63,584 bases of DNA, filler included, from Perkinsus chesapeaki ATCC PRA-425 (GCA_013115145.1; 8 parts of 8 records of this genome joined end to end with filler, not necessarily neighbours in it), one strand, 5' to 3'. Shown: positions 24,555 through 38,109, numbered from the whole stretch's first letter. Notes: generated from the sequence alone by a model not told the origin. Numbers and translations are program-made.

Positions 24555-25245
24555 ATGTCATCCAAGGGCGTTGCTGTCGTTGGCGCTACAGGATTGTTCG
24601 GCAAGGAGATTTCCCTCTCGTTGTTGAAGTTTGGTCATAAAGTAGCTGCCTTTACCCGTAACATCGATGACAAGAAAAGTATCATAGAAGAGCTTCAAAA
24701 AGCTGGAGCTACGGTAAGTAATCTCCCTGCGTATCCCCGTTATTGTCTCTTTACAGGTAGTAGAGATCCCAGACTATACGGACGAGACCGCGGTGGCCAA
24801 TGCCTTCCGTGGCCACAAGGTTGACACTGTTATTTGTGCCGCTAGTGGGACAGCCCATATTCTTAAAGATGTCCAGGGGCATATCATTGATGCAGCTGTC
24901 AAAAGTGGCACCGTCGAACGCTTCTGCCCTGATGAGTTTGGCCTCCACACTGGGGCCACTCCGTGGGGTATCTCCGAGATGATTGATGCCAAGAAGGAAA
25001 TGCAGGAAAAAGTCCGCAATTCCGGCTTGAAGTGGACATGCATCCTTGTTGCTGGGCTCTTCTCATACTTCTTGCCTTCTTTAAAGAGGAAAGGTGGCTT
25101 CGTCGAGTCTTATGGCAACGTGGACGTTATCTCCCATAATAATTCTCTTGAAGATGCTGGCCTTATGATTGCTTTGGCTGCTACTGATGACCGCACTGTA
25201 AACAAGAATGTGCAGTTCCAATACAATCCTGTAGTGACTTTTTAA
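24555..25245 (+). CDS. NmrA/isoflavone-reductase-like NAD(P)-binding oxidoreductase, probably 3'-incomplete
   Basis: VAVVGATGLFG Rossmann motif; intron 24714-24756; VDTVICAASG, QGHIIDAAVKSGTVERFCPDEFG, KWTCILVAGLF. The unspliced frame stops at a TAA inside a palindrome arm. Confidence 0.85.
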
Positions 25246-25337
25246 TCACCACAACTGTTGTGGTGATTAAATCTGTCTTAAATCTGTCACAGTGACACTA
25301 TGACTCTTTGTGAGTTGTGTCACAACTCACAAAGAGT
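25241..25337. repeat. Array of three perfect odd-centred palindromes (15, 6 and 17 bp arms)
   Basis: tttaatcaccacaac-t-gttgtggtgattaaa (25241-25271), tgtcac-a-gtgaca (25285-25297), actctttgtgagttgtg-t-cacaactcacaaagagt (25303-25337). Confidence 0.97.
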
Positions 25338-25393
25338 TATTAAAGTTTAACCTTATTTATTGTATTTACAGTGTGATTACAACTACACTAGCT

Positions 25394-25493
25394 NNNNNNN
25401 NNNNNNNNNNNNNNNNNNNNNNNNNNNNNNNNNNNNNTTAATTAATTAANNNNNNNNNNNNNNNNNNNNNNNNNNNNNNNNNNNNNNNNNNNN
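25394..25493. other. Artificial contig-joining linker
   Basis: N44-TTAATTAATTAA-N44. Confidence 0.99.
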
Positions 25494-28400
25494 GAGACTG
25501 TCCTCAAGCAGGTCAACACTCTCCTAGGCAAACCCGTTCTCAAGGAGTATCAACTCGATGGGAGCAATCCTGGAACCTACCCTGAGTGGAGAGTACGCAT
25601 CTGCGATGAGATCGACAATTACAATTGTTCTCGTGAGGTCACTGCTGAAATAGTGTGGGCTTGTCTCAATTCCACCTTGCGCTTGCGAATTAGGCGGCGA
25701 GTTCCGAGATCCGACATACTTCACCGTGGTCACGTGGCTATTCTTGACGTCTTGGATGACATCTACCTCACCCCTAACGAGCTCAAGGCTTTCCAGTCTC
25801 GCTGGGAAGGGATCGCGCAAGAACCAAACGAGACCATTCCCGAGTACGCCTTGAGATTCGAAGAGTTGGCACACACTCGCCGAATTCTACTTCGTGCTGA
25901 CGTCACCGAGAGCGAGCTGGTTCAAAAGTTTTCTAATGGCTTCAAAGAACCGATAGCAGTGCTAGCTAAGATGCTAGTTGATCCACTGGCCAGTTTGAGC
26001 TATGAGGCTTTCAAGCAGGCCGTGATCTCATTTGTCCAGTCCGGTGACGAGAACATCCTCCGGGTATTTGGAGCCCTGACGACAACCACGACCCCGACGC
26101 CACTGGCCCCTATGCAACCTCCAAACCCGAAGAGGCTACTCGCTCGTAATGCTGTTTATGATACTGACATTTGTTATGTCCATGCCCATGCAGCCATTAC
26201 TGAGTCTCTCGGGTTGGACCGTCGTGCCTGTCTGCGCTGCGGTAAAAATACCAACCACTTTGCTAGGGAGTGTGACTCCCCTACCATCTTCCGAGTTTCG
26301 GATCGCTGCCACACTTGCGGTGATCTCCGCGGTCCTTCTCACCGCTGTCGCATCTCCCCCCGCCGGGTGGTTTGCTCGAGGTGTCTACAAGCCGGCCACG
26401 TGGCAGGTGTCTGTAAAAACCAGCGAAAGGCCAACTCAGGGCGGTATGCCGAGGTGCAGAGTGCCGAAGAGGAGTCCCACTTCGAGGACAAGTTTCCCGT
26501 CACCACTTCCAAATGTGCAGTGATTACTGCCATGGTAGCGGCTGCTGTTCGCAAGGACGCGTCCGACCCTATTATCGACTTCCTACGGCGCCTCCCTCGC
26601 CAGCCTGAAGTACACCTTACTCTAGGCGATAAGGGCGCCTATTGCAAGACATCTTGCTTGGTCGACTCCGGTGCCAACTGCTCTTTAATAAGTTCGGGTT
26701 TGACGACCTATCTGACCAAGCGTGGCGTCATATGCGAGGACGATGTCCTGCCCCTACCCAACAAGATTCCTATCGGTGTCGCCTCCGGCAAGACCATCAT
26801 CGGTTCCCATCTGGCGCGCGCCAGGTTTGCCAGTGGTCAGCTCGATGGTGTTCTAGAATTCTTGGTCTGTGACAACGTTGACCCCGACATCCTCCTCGGC
26901 ACCAATATGTTTCCGGCCATTGGAGTCCAGCTAACATCCACGGGCCAGGCGGACACCACTAACTTCCGCTGCGCGTCCTCCACAACAGCAGCACCTCCTA
27001 GCCCTGTCTTGGCTGCTTGCGCTTTACCGTTACTTCCAACGGCTGAGGTCGTTCAGACGGCTGAAGGCAAGCGAGTTATGTGTCATTGTGGTCCCCTCGG
27101 AAAGCTCACCATTTTCCCGTACCGGGAGAAACAACGGCAGCTTTCGAAGGCAAACCAACAGATCCTGTCTCACCGTTTGTCTACCATGGCCGATCAGGGC
27201 AAGATTCAGCCGTGCGCCGAAGGCGAGTGCACCGTCGTGCTTGCCCCTGTCATTTGCGATAAAGAGTCCGGTGCCAAAGCTAGAGTTTACCCGGACCCTT
27301 CGGTAGACAAGCGCTACAGGATCACTGTGGATTGCAGGCCCATCAACCGTTTGGTATTGATCGAGGCGGGTGACTCCAACATGATGTTGCTACCCCAAGC
27401 CATGGTGGCTAATGGAACAAACCCACTGACCGACGCGGTGAGAAGAGATCTTCAAGCAGGCGGAACCAAGCATCACCAGCAAGTTGGGCAGCATCCCCTT
27501 CTCCTACCAAACCTACTATAAACTCGATCTGACCGATGCCTACTCTGGAGTACTTCTACCCCCACAACTAAGTTCTATCTTCGGTACCACGTCCCAGGAC
27601 GAAGATGGCAGCCAATTGTGGTGGGTGTATCGAGTTCTCCCCCAAGGGTGGATCTTTTCGAGTTGCCTTTTCAACTCGGCAATGCAAGTGCTTATTGACA
27701 TCATTAACCAGCGGTTGGCCGAGCTGCAGATAGAGGCTGTCTGCCGCCACAACAAGGACGACATCTTGATAGCTAGCACTGACCCCTCTAGTTGCAAGGA
27801 AGCGGCTGCAGTGGCGATGGAAGTATTCTCTGAGCACGGGTTCCACCCCAACCCTACAAAGTCCTGCGGCCCTACCGACAGGGTGCGATTCTGTGGTGTC
27901 GTCTTGCATGCTGGTGGTCACCGTCCGGAAGGATCTCGACAAGTTTTTACCGAGTCCACTTTTGAGCTAGCCTGGTCCGAATTCGCCTCGCCACCTATAA
28001 AGTCCACCAAGACTTTCAATGGCTCCGAGGCAGTGCGTTTGGCTCGGCTAGCGTGGCTCCGAAAGTGGTCGGGTATCATGAACTACCTTCGCAACCACCT
28101 TCCCCCTGACGTCCTGGCCTCCCTCTATGTCCTTCAAGATGCTTTGTCACGCTATCAGAAAGACGAGAGTATACCACTCCAAGAAGAACTGGTAGACCCC
28201 CAGAATGACAACGTGACGAGTATCAACAAGGCTTTCAGCAGCCTGCTGCACTTCTACCTCTCCGGTGTTCCCCCTATGGTGGCTACCAATCTTGGTTGTT
28301 CCCTACTGGGCACGGTGATCCTAGCAGATTCTAATGCGGATTCGTGGTCTGCCGTTGTATTGAGGGCATCAGTCCGGAACGACGCTGACAAGGACACCCC

Positions 28401-30400
28401 CAACTCTGTCGATGTTCCTTTGGCCTTCCCAGACAGTCAGTACCTCTTCGATACGACCCTCATCGAGCCTATGGTCCTGCTGCCTGTGCGTATGCTGGGC
28501 GGGCGATGGAGCCAGACGGACAAAAAGAGGAGCAGTACCTGGAGAGAACGGGCCGCTGTGGTTGCTGCCATCGCCGATACTGAGTATGAGTTGCAAGGTC
28601 CTGTCACGGTGATCTTGGACAACCAGAACGGCATGAAGACCTGGAAGGACGTTGTGGAAACTTTTCACGGCATATGGATTACTCGATGGGAAGCTTTCTG
28701 CCGTAATGTCACTAAGGTTGTATGGGTATCGAGATCGAACTGTCCGAGGTGGCCCGATGCTCTAGCTCGAGGCATTGCGGATGACGATTCCATACCCATG
28801 ACCGACACCACCCCCGACACTACCGAAATGGTCGACAATGTGTTCAAGCCCGATGCTACTCTGGCCCATGCCAATATGGTGGCCCTTCCGTCATCTTCGA
28901 CCTCCTCCTCCTCGAGTCCCGTGGCGGCGTCGTCAGACCCCGATTCTGCGGGTCCTGATCCCATTGGTATCTGTGCAGACTTGCTCATTGGTCTACAGAG
29001 GTGCTTTCGAGCCTGGAAATCCCGCGTTCCGTTCGAGCAGTCCTTTGATGCCCCGGTGGATCCTGAGGCTGCACGCCGCTGGTTGCACGATGCTCAAGGG
29101 CAGGATGAGGAATGTGACAAGATCCGTCTGCTAATCAGCCATAAGCTTTCCCGTTTCTTGGTTGACGGTGATGGGTTAATTCGGTTGAGAGACCGGTATG
29201 TCATTCCTCGTAAGTATGCGTGCGATATAGCCAGGAAGTACCATCACTATTTTGGTCACTTGGACAGCAAGCAGACTGTGGCTTGCATCTCAAAAGACTT
29301 CTATGTGTTCGGGCTAGCTAGAGCTGTACAACGGGTGATCAGCCGGTGTGTATGCCAGTATACCCGCGCTCGACGGGGAACGGATAGGCCTGTTGCTACC
29401 TCCCTCCAAGGGGCATTGGCCCCAATGGAATGTGTGTTCATTGATGTGGTAGGCCCATTTCCCTCATCTTCGAAGCATCCCTACCGTTTTGTACTGAGCT
29501 GTATGGATGCGGCTACCCGTTATGTATGGTACTTCGCCCTAAGATCTACTACTTCCCAGTCTCTCATTGATGTCTTGGAGGCCAATGTGGTGTACCCTCA
29601 TGGTTGTATGCGTACACTACGTATGGACAATGCACCTTCATTCCGATCAGTTACCTTCCGCGGCTGGTGTCTCTCAAGGGGCATTTTGCCCACTTACGTC
29701 CCTTCTTATGCACCCCACCGCAATTCCCTACTTGAACGACAACATGCCGTTTTGAAGAAGGTTTTGAAGACCCTGTGTGCCGGAAACCCGGATCTATGGC
29801 CAGGATATGTTCCGGTGGCCATGGCTAGATGCAACTCACGATATGTTGGGAACACGATGGCTACTCCATTCGAACTACTCTTTGGGCGTCAGTATTCATC
29901 TCCTTGGAGCAATAGGTTCCAAGATCTCCGGTCTGGTATATCCGACGATTCTGTCAAGTTCGAGGCAGATCGACGATGCAAGCGACGGGAGGTGCAACTG
30001 AAGAATGTGATGGACCTCTTGGACAAGGCCGAAGCCGATTGTGCCCTCCGCCCTCCGGACTCTATTGGTTCCAATGTACGCCGACAATTCAAAAAGGGCG
30101 ACCTAGTCCTGCGTTGGCGTGAGGCCCAGCATTCCTTGGATTCGTCGTGGTATGGTCCTTTCTCTGTCACGGACGTCTACGGCGACTATACCTATAGACT
30201 GAATGATGGGAGTGTGCATGATAGCAAGACATTGTGTACGTTCCACCCCGTCCATCATTGAGGGAGGGCGGTATGTGGAGATATTATTGTATATCATTGT
30301 CGGCGTGCGCCACTGTCGGCGCATCATATATATAACGGTTGAAACCGTCGCTAACTGCACTTGAAGATGAGTCACGATTGATTGTTAATTCATCCCACTA
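25494..30400 (+). mobile_element. Gypsy-type LTR retrotransposon (gag with three Zn knuckles, PR, RT, RNase H, integrase, GPY/F), 5'-truncated, +1 frameshift inside RT
   Basis: ORFs 25653-27521 and 27484-30261: CSRCLQAGHVAGVC, CLVDSGANCS, YRITVDCRPINRL, KLDLTDAY, LPQGW, NKDDILI, ADSNADSWSAV, HHYFGH...CVC, FIDVVGPF, RMDNAPSF, LLERQHA, WYGPFSV; domain order PR-RT-RH-INT. Confidence 0.95.
30260..30400 (+). repeat. Polypurine tract and putative short 3' LTR
   Basis: gagggagggcgg (30260-30271) directly after the pol stop, then TGTGG at 30274 and CCCACTA near 30400. The 5' LTR is not in the contig, so the LTR cannot be confirmed. Confidence 0.5.
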
Positions 30401-31770
30401 TTGCTATGGTATCATCATCGTCATCATCAGCGTTGAGTGACACAGTTCGAGGGGCCTTCCTAACACTCAACCAAACAACGAACAAGTTAGTCTTCAAACG
30501 TCCACACATTTTCACAGTTATCGCACCTGAAGCATCTATTGGCTTCGAATTGATGATGCTATTATATTACTTGGCTTCCTTTCGAGGACCAGTGGCATGC
30601 ATCTCAGTAGAGCCTCCCCATACCTCAGTTTTACGGCAATCAGATTGACCATAACCCTATAACAGTGTGGTGGTTTGTAAGGTAATAAGGCTTACCTCAA
30701 GGAATCTATAACGTATCCGTCCAGCTACACCACAGCTGGGGCAAGTATCATATACCTCCCCTATATGATTATAACGGGAATCTAATGCTTCACGGAGCTA
30801 AAGGGAATGCGATATAATAATAGACTCATCATGCAATACTCACTTGTTTAGCTTCACGTACAGATTCTTCATGTTCTAATTCCCTTTTACGTGTATCAAC
30901 TGATTGCCCTAATCGATGAAGTAGGTTATGTGCCTCTGTTGTGTCCCTATTGCTTGCTATGTTAATAATCTAAACAACAACAATAAACCTATAACACACG
31001 AATCGCCATGGTTGGGGTATGGGCATTTGCACCAATGATCGATGGTTTAAAAAGTTATTATTAATCCTAGTTCCCCCCTCTCGCGGAATGATCTAGTAAA
31101 TAAGATGACAACAGATGTACTAGATGAGCTAGTTGCTTACCTCATCACGTGTTATATTGTTACTAATATCATTTGAATGCTTTAAAGGCTCAAGAATCTT
31201 TTTAAGGTTAATTCGATATTCACTGCTATCAGCACCATAATCATCATATAGCAACTGTTCAGCAACATCAGATAACCACATTAGATCAGGTACACTAATA
31301 ACCACCCTACACATCGTCGATACCATACTCTCCTAAAATAAAGAAGAACTGTGCCAATAAGCTATATGTGACCAATCACATTATCATTGCTCGTCATCGT
31401 GAGAGTCTCATTAGTCTTCCAACCATCAACAAGCTTAGCTGCTGTAGTTTTGATACATTCTCTTACATTAGTCTTATACCAGTCTTTTATAAACTCTTCC
31501 TTAATTGCATTATAACTCAGATCACTTCGACGTTGCTGTGGTACACTCAGCAACATAGCCATGAACACTGCTGCCAACTTAGGTGTTTCAATATCATCTC
31601 TTAATCGAGTTGTCTCCATCATTCTCAACACAACTTCTACAGTAAAGTCCTGTATAGGATTGATGCACTAAACCAACCGGATCAGCTTGACGGGCAGGAA
31701 GACAGGCAGCTTACTGAGCTCACAATGGCTCCAGTTAACATGTGTTTGGCCGAAAATCTGAGTTGTCCAT
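30400..31770 (-). CDS. Uncharacterised multi-exon gene
   Basis: Open exon-like segments bounded by GT/AG (DFTVEVVLRMMETTRL..., LMWLSDVAEQLLYDDY..., VDTRKRELEHEESVREAKQ). No family recognised; boundaries approximate. Confidence 0.35.
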
Positions 31771-32021
31771 TCGCCTAAGATTGAATCGTAAATTAAAATA
31801 TTATTATAAATCCTACTTGTACTGCTTTTTTACCTTTATGTACTGCAGACATTAAGGGCACAGGTTCAATTCCCAGGGCTGATATCTTAGCACTTTTAAA
31901 CTCAAATGAATAGTCGAGTGAAACTATTTTCATGGTATATGATTGTTAAGCAGTTTGGTTGATTCAGAGAGGCCCCACCTACTAATAGATGTACTCTTAC
32001 TGATAACAGTGGGCTTGGTTA

Positions 32022-32990
32022 TTACAATTTATTATTAATAAATGGTATCATAGCCAATTCCATGGCATGGGCATAATAACGATCTCGGCATAATCGACCA
32101 CCAGTTAGAATACCAACTGTACCTTCAGATTTCCCAGAGCCCTTCCTGAAGAGTCGAGCGATATGAGAACGCTGTGGACATTTCGGGTGTAGGAAGACCG
32201 TTACAAAGGTCTGTAATTGAAGTGACACTGCTAAGGTGGATGCATTCAAAATTAAGCCATGACAGTATTGATAGATTATTAAAGGACTATATAAGAGTTG
32301 TATAGAGAAGTCGGTATTAATATTACTACTAATCCCCGAGATAGTACAATTGATGAATTAAACTCTAGGCCCATGTAACATCAAAGCATACAACACCCAG
32401 CCATTGATCTATCATTACCTCGCTGTTATACTGTACTGTTCGTTTAGGTGTAAAGACTAATATTACCTGTTGAATATTATATCATCAGCATCACCTAGCT
32501 CCAGTCCCTCCTCCTCCATTAATTTCTGTACTGCTGGTGGTACCTCATGTCATACTATCATCAATACAACATTCAATCCAACCTGGAATGTAGCTGTTCT
32601 AGCTTCAGATATATAATCAAATCCTTTCATAGCTACACATACCCAAGCTGCAACATGCCTATTATATGATATCCTTCAATACCGGTATGTTTATTACAAT
32701 CGACCATCTTCTGTTTTGAACACACCTCCTTCAAATGATACATAATAATCGGCATCGCGGTGGCGGCAGTTGGGGTTCTCCCTCAGCGCCTTTAAACGGT
32801 TTCGGGCACCCCTAATATTATCACCATTCGGCAAGTCGTCCAATACCCAACCCGTTAAGCGGCCATTTCCCTTGTTTGGGTACGATAAGCCAATAGCCAA
32901 GCTTATCGTCGATAGCAAGTCCTCAACATGCCCCAGTTACTACCAAGAATAAACGCCACGAAGCCTTCGGATTTGTAGATTTATATTTGG
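32022..32990 (-). CDS. yjjX: YjjX-type non-canonical purine NTP phosphatase (ITPase/XTPase, NTPase_I-T family), multi-exon
   Basis: STNPK, DLPNGDNIRGARNRLKAL...ADYYVSFEGGV, EGTVGILTGGRLCRDRYYAHAMELAMIPFINNKL*; 5' boundary approximate. Confidence 0.75.
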
Positions 32991-33242
32991 CTTAGTTAAT
33001 AGTTTAGTTAATAGATGATAAGACTTCACTGAAGGCCCTAAGTCGGCTCAAGGCCCTTTAGCCTACTTAGTTGTACTATCTTCCGTTCATCATAAGTTAA
33101 GGGATTTTATCACCGAATCCCGGAGGTTATTTACGTGATTGCTGATAGATGCAAAAATGCAGCAGACGTTTGCCAAGTTGTACTTTTGTAACATACATAT
33201 CTTAGGTTAACTCTTACCTTAATGTTTCATCATCTCCTATAG

Positions 33243-33625
33243 GTTGATCAGATACACCACTATGAGTATGTTCACCAATAACATTGACCCTAATATCATC
33301 ATCATCCTTCAACATTACTAACCCCCCTCACTCTCTATCAGTGTATCTCTCAATACCAATTCTAGCCGCATCGATCTTGACAGGATTCAATGAAGCCACT
33401 AAAACGAGGATAGGTGTTTCTGACATTGAGGAGCAAACAGTGGAGTCGATTTTTAATTACGTGGCGCGCAAGAATTTCGTTGCTGCTATAGTTCTCGCGT
33501 ACAAGTTTTTGTTCCTAAGTAATTGTTGACCGATTACGTATCTGAGTATGTTAACCTTTGGATATTAGTTGTATACTTTTGAGTATTATGATGGAGCCTA
33601 CTGCATTAGACGGTATATCAACTAA
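33243..33625 (+). CDS. Short BTB/POZ-like spliced ORF or relic overlapping the RER1 start
   Basis: ILTGFNEATKTRIGVSDIEEQTVESIFNY joins via a putative intron 33461-33568 to LYTFEYYD..., resembling the BTB F.E....I.I.D.....F...L.YLYT pattern. Confidence 0.4.
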
Positions 33626-34469
33626 TACTCCACATACGTCTGGTGGTGATGCTACTCATATTGTACAACCTTCATATCCAGTAAGGGTTTGGAGGAATCT
33701 ATCACGAATGTAAAATGCACACATCAACATAAGATACATAATAGGTTAAGGTACACATATTATTTAGAGAAGACTACCATATGGACCAAAAGTCGTTGGG
33801 TTGCCTTCTTTATTGCCTGTGCTATATATGGTATCAGAGTATACTTCTTACAGGGTAATAATATTACTAATGATTTAACTTATATGTTATTATGTAAGGT
33901 TTCTATATTGTAACATACGGATGGTCTATTTATCTTCTTAACTTGTTTATTGGATTTATATCACCACAGATCGATGAGGACAGCAATGCACCAGTCTTGC
34001 CAACACGGTAAGAGAATCTCCAACTCCACCGTGCAAGATAGGCAATAGGTTGTTGTTCTCAGGGACTCGGATGAATTCAGACCTTTCCAGCGTAGGTTGC
34101 CGGAATTCGTATTCTGGAAAAGGGCTATGCAAGCGACAATCATCGCTATTATCATGACCGTGAGCCTCCTCGATTCATCACCACTTGTACTACTGCTGCT
34201 TTTTTGTTGCTTAGTTCTTCCCGTTCTTCGATCTTCCTGTTTTCTGGCCAATCCTTTTGGTGTATTTCATCATGCTGTTCACCCTCACTATGAAGGAGCA
34301 AATCAAGGTATTACCCATTCCCGGTATAATTAACTTGTCATTTTCAGCATATGATAAAACATCGATACGTGCCTTGGTCACATGGAAAGAAATCGTAACG
34401 ATAATCATCCCATCATTTTAAATATAACCAAGTCTCCTGTTCAGATACAAAAGCAAGGAAATGAAGTAA
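33588..34469 (+). CDS. RER1: Protein RER1 (retention in ER), multi-exon
   Basis: YTYYLEKTT...[77 protein letters not shown]; stop 34467-34469. Confidence 0.93.
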
Positions 34470-34631
34470 AGCTTGTACCTAGTAGTTTGGAATAGGATTG
34501 ACCGGCGGCGATGGCCATGATTGGCAACTGACGACCATTCTCCTACATTTTCTCATAACCCTCATTTTGTGTTTTACCATCGAACTGCTGTTGATAGTAT
34601 CTATTCAGTTTTATACTTGTTACCTCTAGCA

Positions 34632-36576
34632 ATGGGTATCGGATATATGTTATCACTTGCTTTATGTAGCATACTCATCGACCTTACCGCGGCCGCTGCT
34701 TTATATGGTAAAAAGGATTCATTTGTTCAAGTGTTGGACTCCAAGACCTTTTCTAAGACTGTTATACAAAGTGAGGATCGAAGGATGGAAGGTCTTCATG
34801 GATCCATCAGGCAACGAGCTCTGGGTGGTCGAATTCTACGCGGATTGGTGCGGTCATTGCCAACAGTTTGCTCCTGAATATGAGAAGGTAATCGACGGAC
34901 GGTAGATCTATCCCCAGTAGATTTGGTATTGAATTATAGGCTGCCAAAGCTATGGCTGGTATTGTTAATTTTGCTGCAGTCAATGATCAGGCTGTTATGG
35001 GACCATACGGTGTACAGGGTAACCGAAAGTCTGATAGAAAGATACCCGACGAAGAATCCCATCTCGTTCCATTAGGTTTCCCTACGGTGAAGTTTTTTGG
35101 AGATGACAAGTCGAAAGCGCTCGACTACAATGGCCCGCGAACCGCCGATGGCTTGGTGAAGTATTCCATCTCTCAGGTCGAGCTCGGAGTGCTGAGTGGA
35201 GGGCTGGGCAGTCTGCGCTATGTTTAGGTTAAGAAAGCTGCTAAGGATAGACTTGCTGGTAAATCTAAACCTAAGAAGGCAAAGAAAGACCAAAGCGGTG
35301 GTGGGAAGTCTAAAGGGAAGGCTGATACCCCGCCCGAAGGGAACGATGAAGATGTTATTGTAATATATTACACAGGTAGCAGCAGGAGCATGTTAATCTT
35401 ATGTAGGTGCTAACTGGCAATAACTTTGAGAAGTTGGTAATGCAGGATGAGAAGTCAGTTTGGTTTATTGGTAAGATATTCTCTCGAGCTGCTTCATCAA
35501 GTCTTGTTGTTATTATCAGAGTTTTATGCCCCTTGGTGTGGCCACTGTAAGGCATTGGCTCCACATTGGACTGCTGCTGCTACTCAAATGAAAGGCAAGG
35601 TCAAATTTGGAAAGGTACTGTCGAGTTGGTGAATTAACGGTAAAGGATATGCAGGTTGATGCCACTGAGGAGCAATCCTTGGCTCAAAGGTTCAATGTCC
35701 AAGGTTTCCCGACTGTAATGATCTATCTAGTAGAGAGGCTTAGTGGTGGTTGTAGGTTAAACTTTTCCCTGCTGGGAAGAAGTCCGATACTCTCGCGGTT
35801 GACTATCAAGATGCTAGAGACACGAGCAGCATTGTGCAGTTTGCCGAGAAGTATGGATTAACATTTGAGTGAACACTAGGTATTATCAGATATTATACCT
35901 TTGCTAAGGAGGCAACTCAGTTATTGAATCAGGAGGACTTCGAGGAGAATTGCAAGAGTAACGATTCATCCGAGCAATTCTTTGTTCCAATGGGCTTGTC
36001 AGATAATGTCTGCGTTATCGCATTTTTACCGCACATATTGGACTCGGGTGCTGAAGAACGTAACGCTTATATTAAGGAGTATAACGATGCGGTTAGAGGT
36101 ACTTCATCGATACACCAGCATTAACCACATACCATGGCTTAGCCAATCCCGGCATTCCCGTCCATTACTATTGGTCACAAGGAGGGGATCAATTCGATTT
36201 TGAGGAGGCCCTTAGGTTACAGTTTGGGTAATAGCATAGAATCGTATTCCCTAGTTAAAGAAGTATCTCTTAGTTATCCAGCCTTAGTAGCAGTACACCT
36301 ATCTAAGGGCCATTATGGTGTACATCGTGGAGGTTTTGATGAAGCCAACATCAGATCTTTCGTATCTGGACTCATGGCCGGGAAAGTAATAATAATGATA
36401 ATGTATTGTTGTGGCATAGTTGTATCAGGTAACCTTGGATCCTATCCCTAAGAATCTCCCGAAGCTTCGCACTGTTACCGCATGGGATGGTAAAGATGCT
36501 AAACCAGCGCCCGAGGAGGATTCGGTAATAATGTTTATGCAACTTGGCAGTGTTAAGTGTTTTTCAGGAGTTGTAA
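34632..36576 (+). CDS. PDIA6: Protein disulfide isomerase, PDIA6/P5-like, multi-exon
   Basis: Signal peptide, two WCGHC thioredoxin domains, GFPT motifs, b-type domain [15 protein letters not shown]-terminal ...EEDSEL* (ER retention-like signal). Confidence 0.93.
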
Positions 36577-37424
36577 TTTCCCAAAGGGTATGCGCCACGC
36601 TGATGATTTTATGGCCAGTTTTTCTCTTATGTATGTGTAGAGTTGTTAAGTATGAGCCTAGGTTGTAGAGCTCGAAAGTAATCTGGTGAATAGTACGTCT
36701 TTAAGCTTCAGTGCTGATCGAAGCCGACGAATCCTAAAGCGTTCATTGGGGTAAGTACAGCAGGGATCCTATACTCGTCAACGAGAATTTCCTTGTACTA
36801 ACCCGCTAACTGTTCGTCCGCGAAGGGGAAGCTCTAATCAAGGAACCGAACAGCGAGTGGAATCAAATTGGCGAGATTGTTCTTTCTCCCAAGGGAGAGT
36901 CAAGAAAGGCAAAAGCAGAGCTCGGCTGACACCTTGAATCCTCGAGTCCCGTGACATACATAACGCACACGCGTGCGTGACCGAGAGGCGGACTGGTTCG
37001 GATGTTACTTCAACACACTAAGTGCATCTTATATTGAGATCCTAACTGTTCGTTGGCGAAGAGGGAGCTCCAATAATGTGAAAGGAAACTTGTTCCGTGT
37101 CGCGAATAGTAACGATGCGCGCGGGAGTTTACGTATATGCTTGCCTTTCACATGTAGCTGGGGACATTGTCCTCCCCGATAATTTCCGTCATCGTTTAAA
37201 ATGAAACCAATACTATTTTTTGAAGGTCATGATATCCCAACAGTATCGCCTTCAAAGCCCCGAACCGTTTTCATGGTGATTTGGGTCATCTTTCACAGAA
37301 TGAGGTTGAGCGGCGTTACCTCGAGATGAAAGCGCTAGCGGACATTCAGTATCGGAATTCCAGACTCGGGAGCACCCTTACAGATACCCAGCTAACAATT
37401 AGTTTCTTACATACACCCATTCTA

Positions 37425-38109
<685 letters not shown>

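Noticed and set aside
2799-25337. Palindrome arrays as CRISPR repeats or rho-independent terminators
   Set aside because: No repeated unit with spacers, no cas genes, eukaryotic context, and 1-nt centres with no U-tract.
15491-29755. Many antisense or alternate-frame ORFs overlapping dynein and pol
   Set aside because: Shadow ORFs of long coding regions with no motifs.
35679-35689. ttggctcaaag, resembling the 3' end of the dinoflagellate/Perkinsus spliced leader
   Set aside because: It lies in a PDI exon encoding SLAQR, the match is short and imperfect, and no full leader or SL-RNA gene was found. gccatctggc near 9000 is equally partial.
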